This document shows positions 1 through 11,476 of a DNA stretch of 64,000 nt, piece by piece. The notes under the pieces are model-generated. The model was not told the DNA's origin. It did no database searches and saw only the letters and a program-made list of their open reading frames with translations. The translations under genes were made by a program, and so were the position numbers. Numbering within the stretch: the first letter of the stretch is position 1; each line of letters starts with the position of its first letter. The stretch is from Paraspadella gotoi (taxonomy: Eukaryota > Animalia > Chaetognatha): the NCBI GenBank assembly GCA_051294375.1, contig JBJCIZ010000282.1:386880-450879 (forward strand), in the 5' to 3' direction.

Positions 1-215
1 CAATCCATCCATCCAATCACGAGTAATTGGAGTTTTTTTTCTAAGGTGGGACGACGGACGGACGGACGGACATCATTTTTTTTGAATAATTTATCATAAT
101 TCGATGTTCTGACATGATATAAGTGTGTGCCCGACAATATTGAGGGGGCGGACCGACGGACCGACAAAGTGAACTATAGAGTCGGGATCTGCTGATAAGC
201 AGATCCGACTAAAAA
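1..215 (-). mobile_element. 5' end of Helentron/DINE-1-like non-autonomous element (HINE family A)
   Basis: Hairpin AGTCGGGATCTGC-TGATAA-GCAGATCCGACT next to an A-run, with a (GGAC)n microsatellite. Reverse complement of the element starts at 16306 and 25572. Confidence 0.65.
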
Positions 216-350
216 TTAATGTTCTTTAATTTTTACAGTAGGCTATATTTATATATAGTACTATCTTTGTGATATAAATCCTTTCTTTTCATTGTTTGGG
301 ACGATTAAAGACAGTTTGAGTTTAGTTTTGACAACAATTTTTATTTAATT

Positions 351-395
351 CAAAACAGACATGTTTCGGCTTCATTTCAAGCCTTCATCTGCGTT
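351..395 (-). ncRNA. Minimal type I hammerhead ribozyme-like motif (U4A core variant), Penelope-type
   Basis: Minus strand reads AACG-CAGAUGA-A-GGCUU gaaaug AAGCC-GAAA-CAUG-UC-UGUU. Stem II, GAAA, palindromic CAUG loop III, UC site and short stem I are present, but the core is CAGAUGA instead of CUGAUGA. AATAAA follows. Confidence 0.55.
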
Positions 396-620
396 AGTGA
401 ACTTGGAAAATATTTTTGTGTAGAGAGAGAAAGAGAGATAAACAGAGAGAGAGAGAGAGAGACAGGGCAAAGTTTCCATCACAGAGTTTAGAAAGGACAG
501 TGGTCAATTGGTGAAGACAGGCTGAAGTTGAGAAAAGACAGAGTAAGTTGTGAAAAGAAGTGAAATGGTGAAAAAGAGAGAGAGAGAGAGAGAAAAAAAA
601 ACAGTGCAAAATCTTTACAT

Positions 621-950
621 TGCTGGGAAGATGGGTATCTAGCTAAAGGTATGTTCTAACTAGTCTCTCATCAGGGAAAAGAGGTAAGAAGGGTAAGGAA
701 TATAATGGTAATAGGAAAACAGATATAACAAAGGGTATCAAGGGTACATAAAAGGGAGAGAAGGAAGAGGGAAGGTTTTCAGACCCCGAGACCGAGAGGT
801 GAAGTTGAAAGAGTGTGTCCGATCTCCAAGACTCTATCCGTGACTCCGGGGATGAAGAGGAGGGGACGACGAGGGGAGGAGTAGGCGTTGAGAGAGGGAA
901 GAGAAGGCTCGGGGGAGAGAGAGGTTCTGGCGGTAAGGTGAGCCTCTAAT
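621..950 (-). repeat. ~330-bp LTR/pLTR-like repeat (other copies 10274-10565, 38118-38447, 44839-45190)
   Basis: Near-identical sequence (TAGAGGCTCACCTTACCGCCAGAAC...TACCCATCTTCCCAG) occurs four times and forms direct repeats bracketing the internal region in each arm. Confidence 0.85.
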
Positions 951-3335
951 GTAGTGCGCGTTTCAGTTTCATCTGAAGTCGTTGGTAAGACTCACAGATA
1001 GGTCTTTTTGTTCTTTGTCAGTTAATTGACTTTCTGAATTTCTCTGCGTTTTAGGAACATGGGCAGAAAAAGTGAATAATCTATTTGTAACATTTTTGGC
1101 TATTTGCGTTAATAGTTTGTGTACTTGGCTTTTTGAGATATGGTCTAGAGTGGTAGTAATTTTATTGTTAGTTGCACATAGCAACTCTTATATTCTTCTG
1201 CCTTTCTTATTTATTTCTCTTAGCCTTAGAAAGAAATCTCTTTCGTCTTTAGCTGTTCTAGACTGAATTTGAATGCGTGCAAAACAACCTGTTTTTCTCG
1301 AGCCGTTGGTTTGCAAGAGGGATGGCGTTTTCTCTAATCCTTTTCATTTTTTTCTTTCTCTTCAATTTTCTTTCTATTAATTAGCATCACTTATTTAATA
1401 CGACGCAATGCCAGGAAACAGGTAACACTTGCTAGAGGTTGTGTGTGACAATGAGATTAACGTTTGCCAGAGAGAGAAACAAAAGGTGGCCGAAAGGAGA
1501 ACTTCATCTTGGCCGTTTCTACGAAAAAGACGAGGAAGAAGAAAGAGGGAAAGAAAGGGAAAGAATAAAGAGAGAGGAAGAAAGAAAGAGAGAAGAGGGA
1601 AAGAGAGAGGGGAGGGGAAAGTAAACTCAGTGGCCGCGAATTTTTTTCCAAGGAGAGGGAGCTCAGTCAGATTGGTTTTTTTTCGTATTGATGCCTGATC
1701 CACGTGACGACGTGAAGTGTGCAGCAGAAGCTAGAGAGAGATTTTGACCGCGGGAGGGAGAGAGGAAATAGAAAAAAGATGAGAGAGAGACAAAACGTTT
1801 AGGGAGAGGGAGTGAAGACTGGTCACGTGACAAACGAGAGGAGGGAGAGATCAACGATCTTTTTTTTTAGTTTGGAAGTCGAAAATGAGAGAGAGAGGTG
1901 AGGATGAAGTGAGGGGCCAGTGAGGGGCAAGGAGCGTGGAGAGTCTCGTTTGATCAGGAAATGGACATCTCTCTGCCGCAGCTGTTCTCTCGAGTGAGAA
2001 TGGATGAGGAAAAAGAGGCTTGGGAGTAAATGAGAGAAAGAAAGGATGCCGGGAAGAAGAGTGAGTAAAGGAAAAAGCGCGCGAGAAAAGAGATGCTGAG
2101 ATCGAGGATCGGCTCAGGTGTCAAGCGAGGGAGGGTTAGTAAAAGAATGCGCGGCTCCTAGTCAATCCATTCAGTGAAAAGAGGGAGGAGGGGATATGAG
2201 AACAGAAGTGGTAGGGGATGATAGAGTAAGTAAAATAAGATTGTTGGTTTTAGGAAAAATAGATCGAAAATGGATCGAAATAGATAGAAATAGATCGAAA
2301 AAAGAGTTAAATAGTGAAACAAAGACAATTTGAAGATGGTGAGTCAAAATAATGAAAAATCGAAATATAGAGTCAAAATAGTGAAACAGATTGATATCGA
2401 AAATGTGAGTTTAATATAGTGAAAGCATTCAAGATCGACATAGTGAGGTCAAAAATATAGTGTATAAAAATTGAAAATAGTGAGTTTTAAATAGTAAATC
2501 AGTGAGAAGGAGATAAAAATTGAGATAATGTGTGTGGTAGATATTAGGACATATTTAAAATTTAAATTGAAATAGTGAGTATAAATAATATAGTACAGAA
2601 AGTCAACTAGAAGGGCAATTAGGAAGCTATGAAATAGAATTTTGACAGGTTGATGGAGGTTTTAAGAAGGAGGTGAGTTAAAATAGGGAAACATATAAAT
2701 TTCATGAAGAAAACCAGTGAGCGCCAAAATCAGAAGAATCAAAATAGGAAGGAATAAGACAACGTACGATTTTCAATTTGAAACACGAGTGACGAATAGC
2801 TAAGGATTTGAAAACGTGGGTTTATAGAGGGATAATAAGGTAAAGACTAGAGAGGGATATATTATTAGATTACATTAACGTCCGGATTATTTTGCTGTAA
2901 AGGGAAAATAATTCGATTTTACTGTAACAGTACAAACTAAAATGTCCCGGATTAGCTACAAGTAAAGAAGTGGGTTGTTAGTGATTTCTTACTGCTTTGT
3001 TTTTTTGTCTTTTGTCTTTTCCTTTGGTTCACTTTGAGAGGCGGTTAAATTTTTTTCAGGTAATTTTTTTTCGCGATGGAGAGGAAAAGTTTTTTTTGGA
3101 ATACTTAGGTAGAGTTGAAAGTTTTTTTTTTTTTTTTTTTTTGCCACAACCTGTCGGTATGAAAGAATAGAAAAAGACATTAGATGAAAAAGAATATTAA
3201 GATTAGGAAAGATGAATAAAAAAAAAAATTAAGGTGGGTTGGGAGAGGTTTGCCGGTTTAGCCAGTTATCGTTAGAGCAGGAAACTTAATCCTGGGAAGT
3301 TAAACCTTGGGGAGAGGCTGATTGGGCGTCACTGG
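948..3335. repeat. 2.4-kb segment A, directly repeated at 5596-7907 and inverted at 7998-10200 and 38447-40945
   Basis: Both direct copies start ATGTAGTG(G)CGCGTTTCAGTTTCATCTGAA and stay collinear through the GA-rich and AT-rich blocks. Confidence 0.9.
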
Positions 3336-4349
3336 GAAGCTATGGGTAACGTCAGTTCGATTTCGATTTTGCGCAAAGAAGTTTTTTATTTTTTTTATTT
3401 GTTGATCGCCATTGCCGTCGCTATCGCTGGCGCGCCGGTGCAGTCGTTGTCGCCAACGTCGTCGTTATCGTCGTCGTCATCGTCGCTGCCATCGTCGTCT
3501 TTGTCGTCATCCTTTTCGCCGTTTCTATAGCAATCGCCATCGCGATCGCCAGCTCCGTCCCAGCTCGTTCGACCTAAAGGCAGACTTCATACCTAACTGG
3601 ATAGTAAAATTGAGAATGGTTTAAACATGTTATTGTGATAATTCTAAGCCGTGACCTTTTGTTTAACTTATTTAATACTGGGAATGAGTTTGACTAAATC
3701 ATTGTATTGGGGTTTATTAAAATAATTTGTTTTGCTTTCATTTTTAAAGTGAACATTCGGCAAGGAACAAGGCAAAAAAAAGGGGTAACAAAAAAATTTG
3801 TTTTCATACAGAGAACCATAACAGTTGTTTTCTTTAGTACTTAATCATACTGAATTCCTCAGATAGGGGCTGGACCAAGTATGATGAAGACTGGTGAGTC
3901 TTGACGCATCTTTCGTTCCTGTGAAATGAGTCCAGCTACAGAAGATACCTGAAACTGAAAAGTCAAAATTAAGAGAGTTTGGGTCTTGAGAAAGATAGAG
4001 ATAAGTTGATCAAAATTAGAGAAGGGAAGAGAAGAAACGGAGATCAATGAGAGCCTGGAAGAGAAACAAGAGCGCAAGAGAGAAAGGCACGACGCAACAT
4101 TAAATGAGGATTGTTGGGTGAAGGAATTCCAGACAGAAATGAGTGGAAGGAGACTTGAGCACAGACCGTTCATGGTTTCAGAGAGGGAAGCATTTTTTGT
4201 CGTGAAGTTTCATAGTAACTGCCAAAACCAGAAATTTGAAGACGCAAGGGGCATGGGGGAGACTTGGTTTGGAATTCATTGTAATTGCATTTTTTTTTGC
4301 TCTCATTTAATTCATTGTTGAGGCATTTGTTGCAATCATTGTAATAATT

Positions 4350-6046
4350 GTATTAGAGGTATCAAGAGGGTAAAATCAATCTTCTGTTCGAGTTAACAGT
4401 CGTTTTATTGTTCGCTTTTCCTCTTTGTCCACGACGCTGTTTAGCCAGTGAAATATATATTCACATCATAAAGGGGTTGTTTGATCAGTGATCACTCACG
4501 TGAAAGATTTTACTTTCAAAATTTTTTTCTCCTTCAATGGGCAATTCTTCACGCCAATGACATTGGCAATATTGTCGTAATCAAACTGGTAATGCGCTAG
4601 TATTTTTCTCAGATTCCAATTTTTTTCTCAATGTAAATTTCTTGACAAATTGTTAGGAGTTATGATTATTTTTCTGGACTCATCCCAGCGAAAAGGTAAG
4701 AATTAGTTGTGTGGAAAAAAAAGTTTGATAATTGTGAAAATCGGACTTTGTTCCTTGCCAGTTGTTGTAGTTGTACTGTATTTTTAAAGTTACATAGTGA
4801 TGACTCTCTGCCATTGTTGTCGGTGGAGCTTGGAAGGTTGCAGATTGCGTGGCTGTAGAAGAAGGGGCTCTTGGCGAGGTTGATCCGGTAAGGTTGCGGC
4901 ATTGAGATAATGTGTTGTAATGAGGGTTTCTTTACCTCGTTCCATGTATTTCTGCCAAAGATCCACATGACTCTTGATCGTTTCCTTTATTGATGCTGAA
5001 GAGTTGCATCTTGGATGAAAGAGCGAAGAAGACTTTGGCGTTTTTCTGGGTTTTTGGGTCTTAATGCCTCGTTTTCTAAGTGGAATTGGGACTTTGAAGG
5101 GTAGAATCTTGATGGGAGGCAATGATGCTTTGGTGGCTTTGTCTGAAGTTGACGTTGAGAAGGAATCTTCATGTTTTTTCTCATTCTTTTTATTTTCTCT
5201 CTCTATGGGTTCAGTATCTGCTTTCTCAATATAGTGAATCTTTCGTGACGCTGATTTATTACGTAAATCAAAGCTCAGAGGCCTACTCTTTTCATGTGGA
5301 CGTGACCGAGAGTCAGTGGAGGGTGTTGAAGGTGAGGAGGGCGGAGTCGACGTGGTGGGCAGAGAGGGTGTGAAGGACGTGGAGGACGCAGAAGCAGAGA
5401 CAGAGGTGGTTAATATGCTGAATGATTTTGTAGTGTTGTTTCTGGGGACCCCATATGACGGCGTTGAGATTTTATCAAGCCGTTCTGAAATTAGTTTATA
5501 CCATTCTCTATATTTATTTTTCTTCCTCTTTGCTTTTTTTATTGTTAACAAGAAGAATTCCGTTTCTTTTTTCACTTGGATCAACTCTAACCGAATGTAG
5601 TGGCGCGTTTCAGTTTCATCTGAATGTCGTTGGTAAGACTCGACATATAGGTGCTTTTGTTTATCTTTGTCAGTTAATTGACTTTCTGAATTTCTCTGCG
5701 TTTTAGGAACATTGGCAGAAAAGTGAATAATCTATTTGGTAACATTTTGGCTATTTGGCTTAATAGTTTGTGTACTTGGCTTTTTTGAGATATGGTCTAG
5801 AGTGGTAGTAATTTTATTTGTTAGTTGCACATAGCAACTTTTATATTCTTCTGCCTTTCTTATTTCTTTCTCTTTAGCCTTTAGAAAGAAATCTCTTTCG
5901 TCTTTAGCTTGTTCTAACTGAATTTGAATTGCGTGCAAAACAACCTGTTTTTCTCGGAGCCGTTGGTTTGCAAGAGGGATGGCGTTTTCTCTAATCCTTT
6001 TCATTTTTTCTTTCTCTTCAATTTTCTTTCTATTAATTAGCATCAC
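4350..6046 (-). CDS. Frameshifted basic coiled-coil / Ser-Thr-Pro-rich ORF of the repeat unit, function unknown
   Basis: ORF pieces 5732-6046 (heptad-like, K/E/R-rich) and 4790-5584 are collinear. The same peptides recur at 9997-10200 and 40500-42250 (+). No RT or integrase motifs seen. Confidence 0.45.
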
Positions 6047-7997
6047 TTATTTAATACGACGCAATGCCAGGAAACAGGTAACGACATTGCTAAGGGTTGG
6101 TTGTGACAATGAGATTAACGTTTTGCCAGAGAGAAACAAAAGGTGGCCGAAAGGAGAACTTCATCTTGGCCGTTTCTACGAAAAAGACGGAGGAAGAAAG
6201 AGGGAAAGAAAGGGAAGAGAGAAAGAGAGAGGAAGGAAAGAAAGAGAGAGAGAGGGAAAAGAGAGAGGGGAGGGGGGTAAGTAAACTCAGTGGCGGAAAT
6301 TTTTTTCAAGGAGAGGGAGCTACAGTCAGATCTGGTTTTTTTTTCGTATTGATGCCTGATCACGTGACGACGTGAAGTGTGCAGCAGGAGCAAGAGAGAG
6401 ATTTTGACCGGGGAGGAGAGAGAAAAGAAAAAAGAGAGAGAGAGAGAGACAAAACGTTAGGGAGAGGGAGGAGCTGTCACGTGACAACGAGAGAGAGGAG
6501 AGATCAACGATCTTTTTTTTTTTGTTTGGAAGTCGAAAATGGGAGAGAGAGAGGGTGAGGATCAAGTGAGGGCCCAGTGAGGGGCAAGGAGCGGTGGGAG
6601 AGTCGTCGTTTGTCAGGACATGGACATTCTCTCTGCGCAGCTGTTCTCTCGAGTGAGGAATGGATGAGGAAAAGAGGCTGCAGTAAAGAGAGAAGAAGAG
6701 GATGCCGGGAAGAAGAGTGAGTAAAGAAAAAGGCGCGAGAAAGAGATGCTGAGATCGAGGATCGGCTCACGGGTCAAGGAGGGGAGGGTTAGTAAAAGAA
6801 TGCGCGCTCTATCGAATCCATCGTGAAAGAGGGGGAGGGGATCAGTGAGGCACAAAAGAATGTGAGGATGATAGAGTAAGTAAAAAGATGTGGTTTTAGG
6901 AAAATAGATCGAAATGGATCGAAATAGATAGAAATAGATCGAAAAAAGAGTTAAAATAGGTGAAACAAAGACAATTTGAAATGGTGAGTCAAAATAATGA
7001 AAATCGAAATATAGAGTCAAAAATAGTGAAAGCATGAATATCGAAAATGTGAGTTTATATAGTGAAGCATTAAGAATCGAAATAGTGAGTCAAAATATTG
7101 AGTGTATAAAATTGAAATAGTGAGTTTAAATAGTAAATCAGTGAGAAGGGAGAAAAAATTGAGATAATGTGTGTGGTAGAATATTAAGACAATTTAAAAT
7201 TAAATTGAAATAGTGAGGTATAAATAATATAGTACAGAAAGTCGAAATAGAAGGGCAATTAGTGAAGCTATGAAAATAGAATTTGAAACAGGGTGATGGA
7301 GGTTTTAAGAAGAGGTGAGTTAAAATAGGGAAACAATATAAATTTATGAAGAAACAGTGAGGCCAAAATAGAAAGAATCAAAATAGGAAGGGAATAAGAC
7401 AAACTACGAATTTCAATTTGAAACAGAGTGACAGAATAGCTAGATGAAAACGCTGGGTGTATAGAGGGATAATAAGGTAAAGGACTAGAGGGGATATATA
7501 TATATTAGATTACATTAACGTCCCGGATTATTTTGCTGAAAGGGAAAATAATTACGATTTTTAATTAACAGTACAACACTAAAATGTCCCGGATTAGCTA
7601 AAGTAACAGCAATAGTGGGTTAGTGATCTTACTGCTTTGTTTTTTTGTCTTTTGTCTTTTCCTTTGGCGTTCACTTTGAGAGGCGGATTTTTTTTCAAAT
7701 TTTTTTTTCGCGATGGAGAGAAAAAGTTTTTTTTGTGAAATATTAGGTAGAGTTGAAAGTTTTTTTTGTTTTTGTTTTTTGCACGCGCGCGATGAAAGAT
7801 AGAAAAAGAATTAGGATGAAAAAAATTTAAGATTAGGAAAGATGGAATAAAAAAAATTAGGGTGGGTTGGGAGAGTTTGCCGGTTAGCCAGTTAGTCGGT
7901 AGAGCAGTTTAGAACCTACCTTTACCTAGATACCCATCTTCCAGTGACGCCCAATCAGGCCTCTCCCAAGGTTAACCTTCCCCAGGATTAAGTTTCC

Positions 7998-10248
7998 CTG
8001 CTCTACCGACTAACTGGCTAACCGGCAACCCTCCCAACCCACCCTAATTTTTTTTATTCCATCTTTCCTAATCTTAAATTTTTTTCATCCTAATTCTTAT
8101 TCTATCTTCATGCCACAGCGTGTGCAAAATAAAAAAACAAAAAAAAACTTTCAAACTCTACCTAATATTTCACAAAAAAAACTTTTCCTCTCCATCGCGA
8201 AAAAAAAATTTTGAAAAAAATCCGCCTCTCAAAGTGAACGCCAAAGGAAAAGACAAAAGACAAAAAAACAAAGCAGTAAGATCACTAACCCACTATTTCT
8301 TTACTTTAGCTAATCCGGGACATTTTAGTTTGTACTGTTACATTAGTAAAATCGTAATTATTTTCCCCTTCAGCAAAATAATCCGGGACGTTAATGTAAT
8401 CTAATATATATATATCCCCTCTAGTCCTTTACCTTATTATCCCTCTATACACCCAGCGTTTCATCTTAGCTATTCTGTCACTCTGTTTCAAATTGAAATT
8501 CGTAGGTTTGTCTTATTCCCTTCCTATTTTGATCTTTTCTATTTGGCCTCACTGTTTCTTCATAAATTTATATTGTTTCCCTATTTTAACTCACTCCTTC
8601 TTAAAACCTCCATCACCCTGTTTCAAATTCTATTTTCATAGCTTCACTAATTCCTTCTATTTCGACTTTCTGTACTATATTATTTATACCTCACTATTTC
8701 AATTTAATTTTAAATTGCCTATATTCTACCACACACATTATCTCAATTTTTATCTCCCTTCTCACTTGATACTTATTTAAACTCACTATTTCAATTTATT
8801 ACACTCAATATTTTGACTCACTATTTCGATTCTAATGCTTCACTTATAAACTCACATTTTTCGATATTCATCTTCCTACATTTTGACTCATATATTTCGA
8901 TTTTCAATTATTTTGACTCACCATTTCAAATTGCTTGTTTCACTATTTTAACTTCTTTTTCGATCTATTCTATCTATTTCGATCCATTTTCATCTATTTT
9001 CCTAATATATTCCACTATACTTTTATGTTACTTACTCCTATCATCCCTCACCATTCTTTGTTCTACTATTATCCTCTTGATCACTGACTCGTTTCGACTG
9101 CTTATTATCATACTAGTAATCGATGAATATTCAACTATTTATAGGAAACACTAATCTGCATTGTATACGTAACTCGCCTTCGCTCACTCATATCTTACTT
9201 TGTGTCCTATCTCTATCTCTACATCTCTTTCCTCCGATTGTTTTCTCGATTACTTACTCTTTCTTCCTCGTGGCGATCCCTCTTTCAGTGGGCGTCCTGT
9301 TATACCGTCTTCAACTCTCTTTTTCCTCATCCATTTCCTCACTCCTGAGATTACATCAGAAACTAGTCTCTGCTCATGAGAGAACTGTCCACATGTTCCT
9401 GATCAAACGACGACTCTCCCACCGCTCCTTGCCCCTCACTGGGCCCCTCACTTGATCCTCTACCCTCTCTCTCTCCCATTTTCGACTTCCAAAACTAAAA
9501 AAAAAAAGATCGTTGTCATCTCTCCCCTCGTCTTTTGTCACGTGACCAGTCTTCACTCCCTCTCCCTATAACGTTTTGCCCCTCTCTCTCTCTCTTTTCT
9601 ATTTCTCTCTCCCTCCCCGTCAAAAATCTCTCTCTAGCTCCTGCTGCACACTTCACGTCGTCACGGTGATCAGGCATCAATACGAAAAAAAAACAGATCT
9701 GACTTGTAGCTCCCTCTCCCTTGGAAAAAAATATCGCGCCACTGAGTTTACTTACCCCCCTCCCCTCTTCTCTCTCCTTCTCTTCTCTTCTTTCTTCCTC
9801 TCTCTTTCTACTCTTCCCTTCTTTCCCTCTCTTCTTCCTCCGTCTTTTTTTTCGTAGAAACGGCCAAGATGAAAGTTCTCCTTTCGGCCACCTTTTGTTT
9901 CTCTCTGGCAAAACGTTTAATCTCATTGTCACAACCAACCCTTAGCAATGTCAATGCGTTCATCCTGTTTCCTGGCATTGCGTCGTATTAAAATAAGTGA
10001 TGCTAATTAATAGAAGAAAAATGAAGAGAAAGAAAAAAATGAAAAGGATTAGAGAAAACCCATCCCTCTTTGCAACCAACGGCTCTCGAGAAAAAACATG
10101 TTGTTTGCACGCAATTCAAATTCAGTTTAGAACAGCTAAAGACGAAAGAGATTTCTTTCTAAAGGCTAAAGAGAAAGAAATAAGAAAGGCAGAAGAATAT
10201 AAAATATATGTTGCTTATTATATGCTTTATCTCATATCATCATCGACG
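7998..10248 (+). repeat. Fold-back inverted copy of segment A, error-rich, ending at a 25-N gap
   Basis: CTGCTCTACCGACTAACTGGC at 7998 is the reverse complement of 7887-7907, leaving a ~90-bp loop. Identity degrades strongly around 9000-9370. Confidence 0.85.
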
Positions 10249-10748
10249 NNNNNNNNNNNNNNNNNNNNNNNNNAGTCTCTCATCAGGGAAAAGAGGTAAG
10301 AAGGGTAAGGAATGTAATGGTAATTGGAAAACAGATATAACAAAGGGTATCAAGGGTACATAAAAGGGAGAGAAGGGAGAGGGAAGGTTTTCAGACCCCG
10401 AGACCGAGAGGAGAAGTTGAGAGAGTGTGTCCGATCTCCAAGACTCTATCCGTGACTCCAGGGATGAAGAGGAGGGGACGACGAGGGGAGGAGGAGGCGT
10501 TGAGAGAGGGAAGAGAAGGCCCGGGGGAGAGAGAGGTTCTGGCGGTAAGGTGAGCCTCTATCTTGCATTGTATAATTGTATAATTGTATAATTGTATAAC
10601 AATAAGAAAAAGTTTTAAACTGATGAATATTAGTGAAATATAACAATTAATCTACTTAATAATTAGTAAGAATGAAACAGGAAATTTGAAATTGAAAGGA
10701 TTGATTTGAGAGATGAGTTAATAAGTAATAAAGTGAAATTGAAGAGTA

Positions 10749-11035
10749 AAGATAGAGCTCAAAATGAACTAGCATAGCAGGGGATCTCCACCTCAGTGAC
10801 GACCCGCGGTTCTCTGCACGAGCAGCTGGTGAAACCGAAAGATAAAATCCCCAGAACCATGCTGCTGTACAGACTTGGTTACCCGTGCCTGCACAGGCCG
10901 CCCAATAGACGGCTCCTGATTTTTTCGTTCTGGGGATTTTATCTTTCGGTTTCACCAGCTGCTCGTGCAGAGAACCGCGGGTCGTCACTGAGGTGGAGAT
11001 CCCCTGCTATGCTAGCTCATTTTGAGCTCTATCTT
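10749..11035 (-). mobile_element. Fold-back hairpin built from a Penelope-like element linker/GIY-YIG endonuclease fragment
   Basis: 109-bp arms (10749-10857 / 10927-11035, one mismatch) and a 69-bp loop. Minus strand encodes GISTSVTTRGSLHEQLVKPKDKIPRTKKSGAVYWAAC, matching the PLE motif TLR..LV.PKDK......GVVY.I.C. Second copy at 37638-37930. Confidence 0.75.
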
Positions 11036-11044
11036 GGTTCCATT

Positions 11045-11300
11045 GGGATTCCTCCCAACAGGATTCCTCCCACGCGGGATTCCTCCCACGCGGGATTTCT
11101 CCCACACGGGATTCCTCCCACACGGAATTTTTCCCATGCAGGATTCCTCCCACACGGGATTCCTCCCATGCGAGATTCCTCCCATGCGGGATTCCTCCCA
11201 TGTGGGATTCCTCCCACTCGGGATTCCTCCCACACGGGATTCCTCCCACGCGGGATTCCTCTCACACGGGATTCCTCCCACGCGGGATTTCTCCCACGTC
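11045..11300. repeat. 16-bp minisatellite (GGGATTCCTCCCACGC)n, about 16 units
   Basis: Direct tandem units visible; inverted copy at 37361-37628. Confidence 0.9.
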
Positions 11301-11306
11301 CAATAG

Positions 11307-11445
11307 AAAAAAAAACAAGTTTGAGCAAACAATGTCGGATCTGCCTACGATAATTAAGTGGTAATAAGCTCACTTGGTCAACTTGCATAATTTAATCAAC
11401 TTGCATTATTTGGTCAACTGGCATAATTTGGTCAACTTACATAAA
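11307..11445 (-). mobile_element. 3' end of HINE family A, truncated
   Basis: Reverse complement of ATTATCGTAGGCAGATCCGACATTGTTTGCTCAAACTTG-TTTT, plus GTTGACCAAATTATGCAA satellite units like those at 17140-17470. Confidence 0.7.
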
Positions 11446-11476
11446 ATAATAAGCAGTAGAATAGTATTGTCAATGT

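Larger units (their letters stand above)
463..11327 (-). repeat. Left copy of a large composite repeat unit (inverted relative to 37340-45357)
   Basis: Segments match the reverse complement of the right copy: 463-950~44840-45357, 3346-7907~38500-43352, 10274-11327~37340-38405. Confidence 0.9.

Noticed and set aside
950-980. CAGATGA-AACT-GAAACGCG on the minus strand near a junction
   Set aside because: No stem II, no UH site, and it lies within the coiled-coil reading region; probably chance.
1395-1854. Short ORFs rich in SL/ER repeats here and throughout the window
   Set aside because: They are translations of (GA)n/(CT)n microsatellites and purine tracts, with no domain evidence.
5860-10248. 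2.2-kb-arm palindrome centred at ~7950 as a biological hairpin telomere
   Set aside because: The right arm is error-rich, ends at a 25-N gap, and is absent from the 38-45 kb copy. It is most simply a fold-back read or gap-filling artefact until shown in independent reads.
11045-11300. Repeat arrays as CRISPR (also 17140-17470, 37160-37628, 60470-60745)
   Set aside because: Units are contiguous with no unique spacers, there are no cas genes, and the context is eukaryotic.
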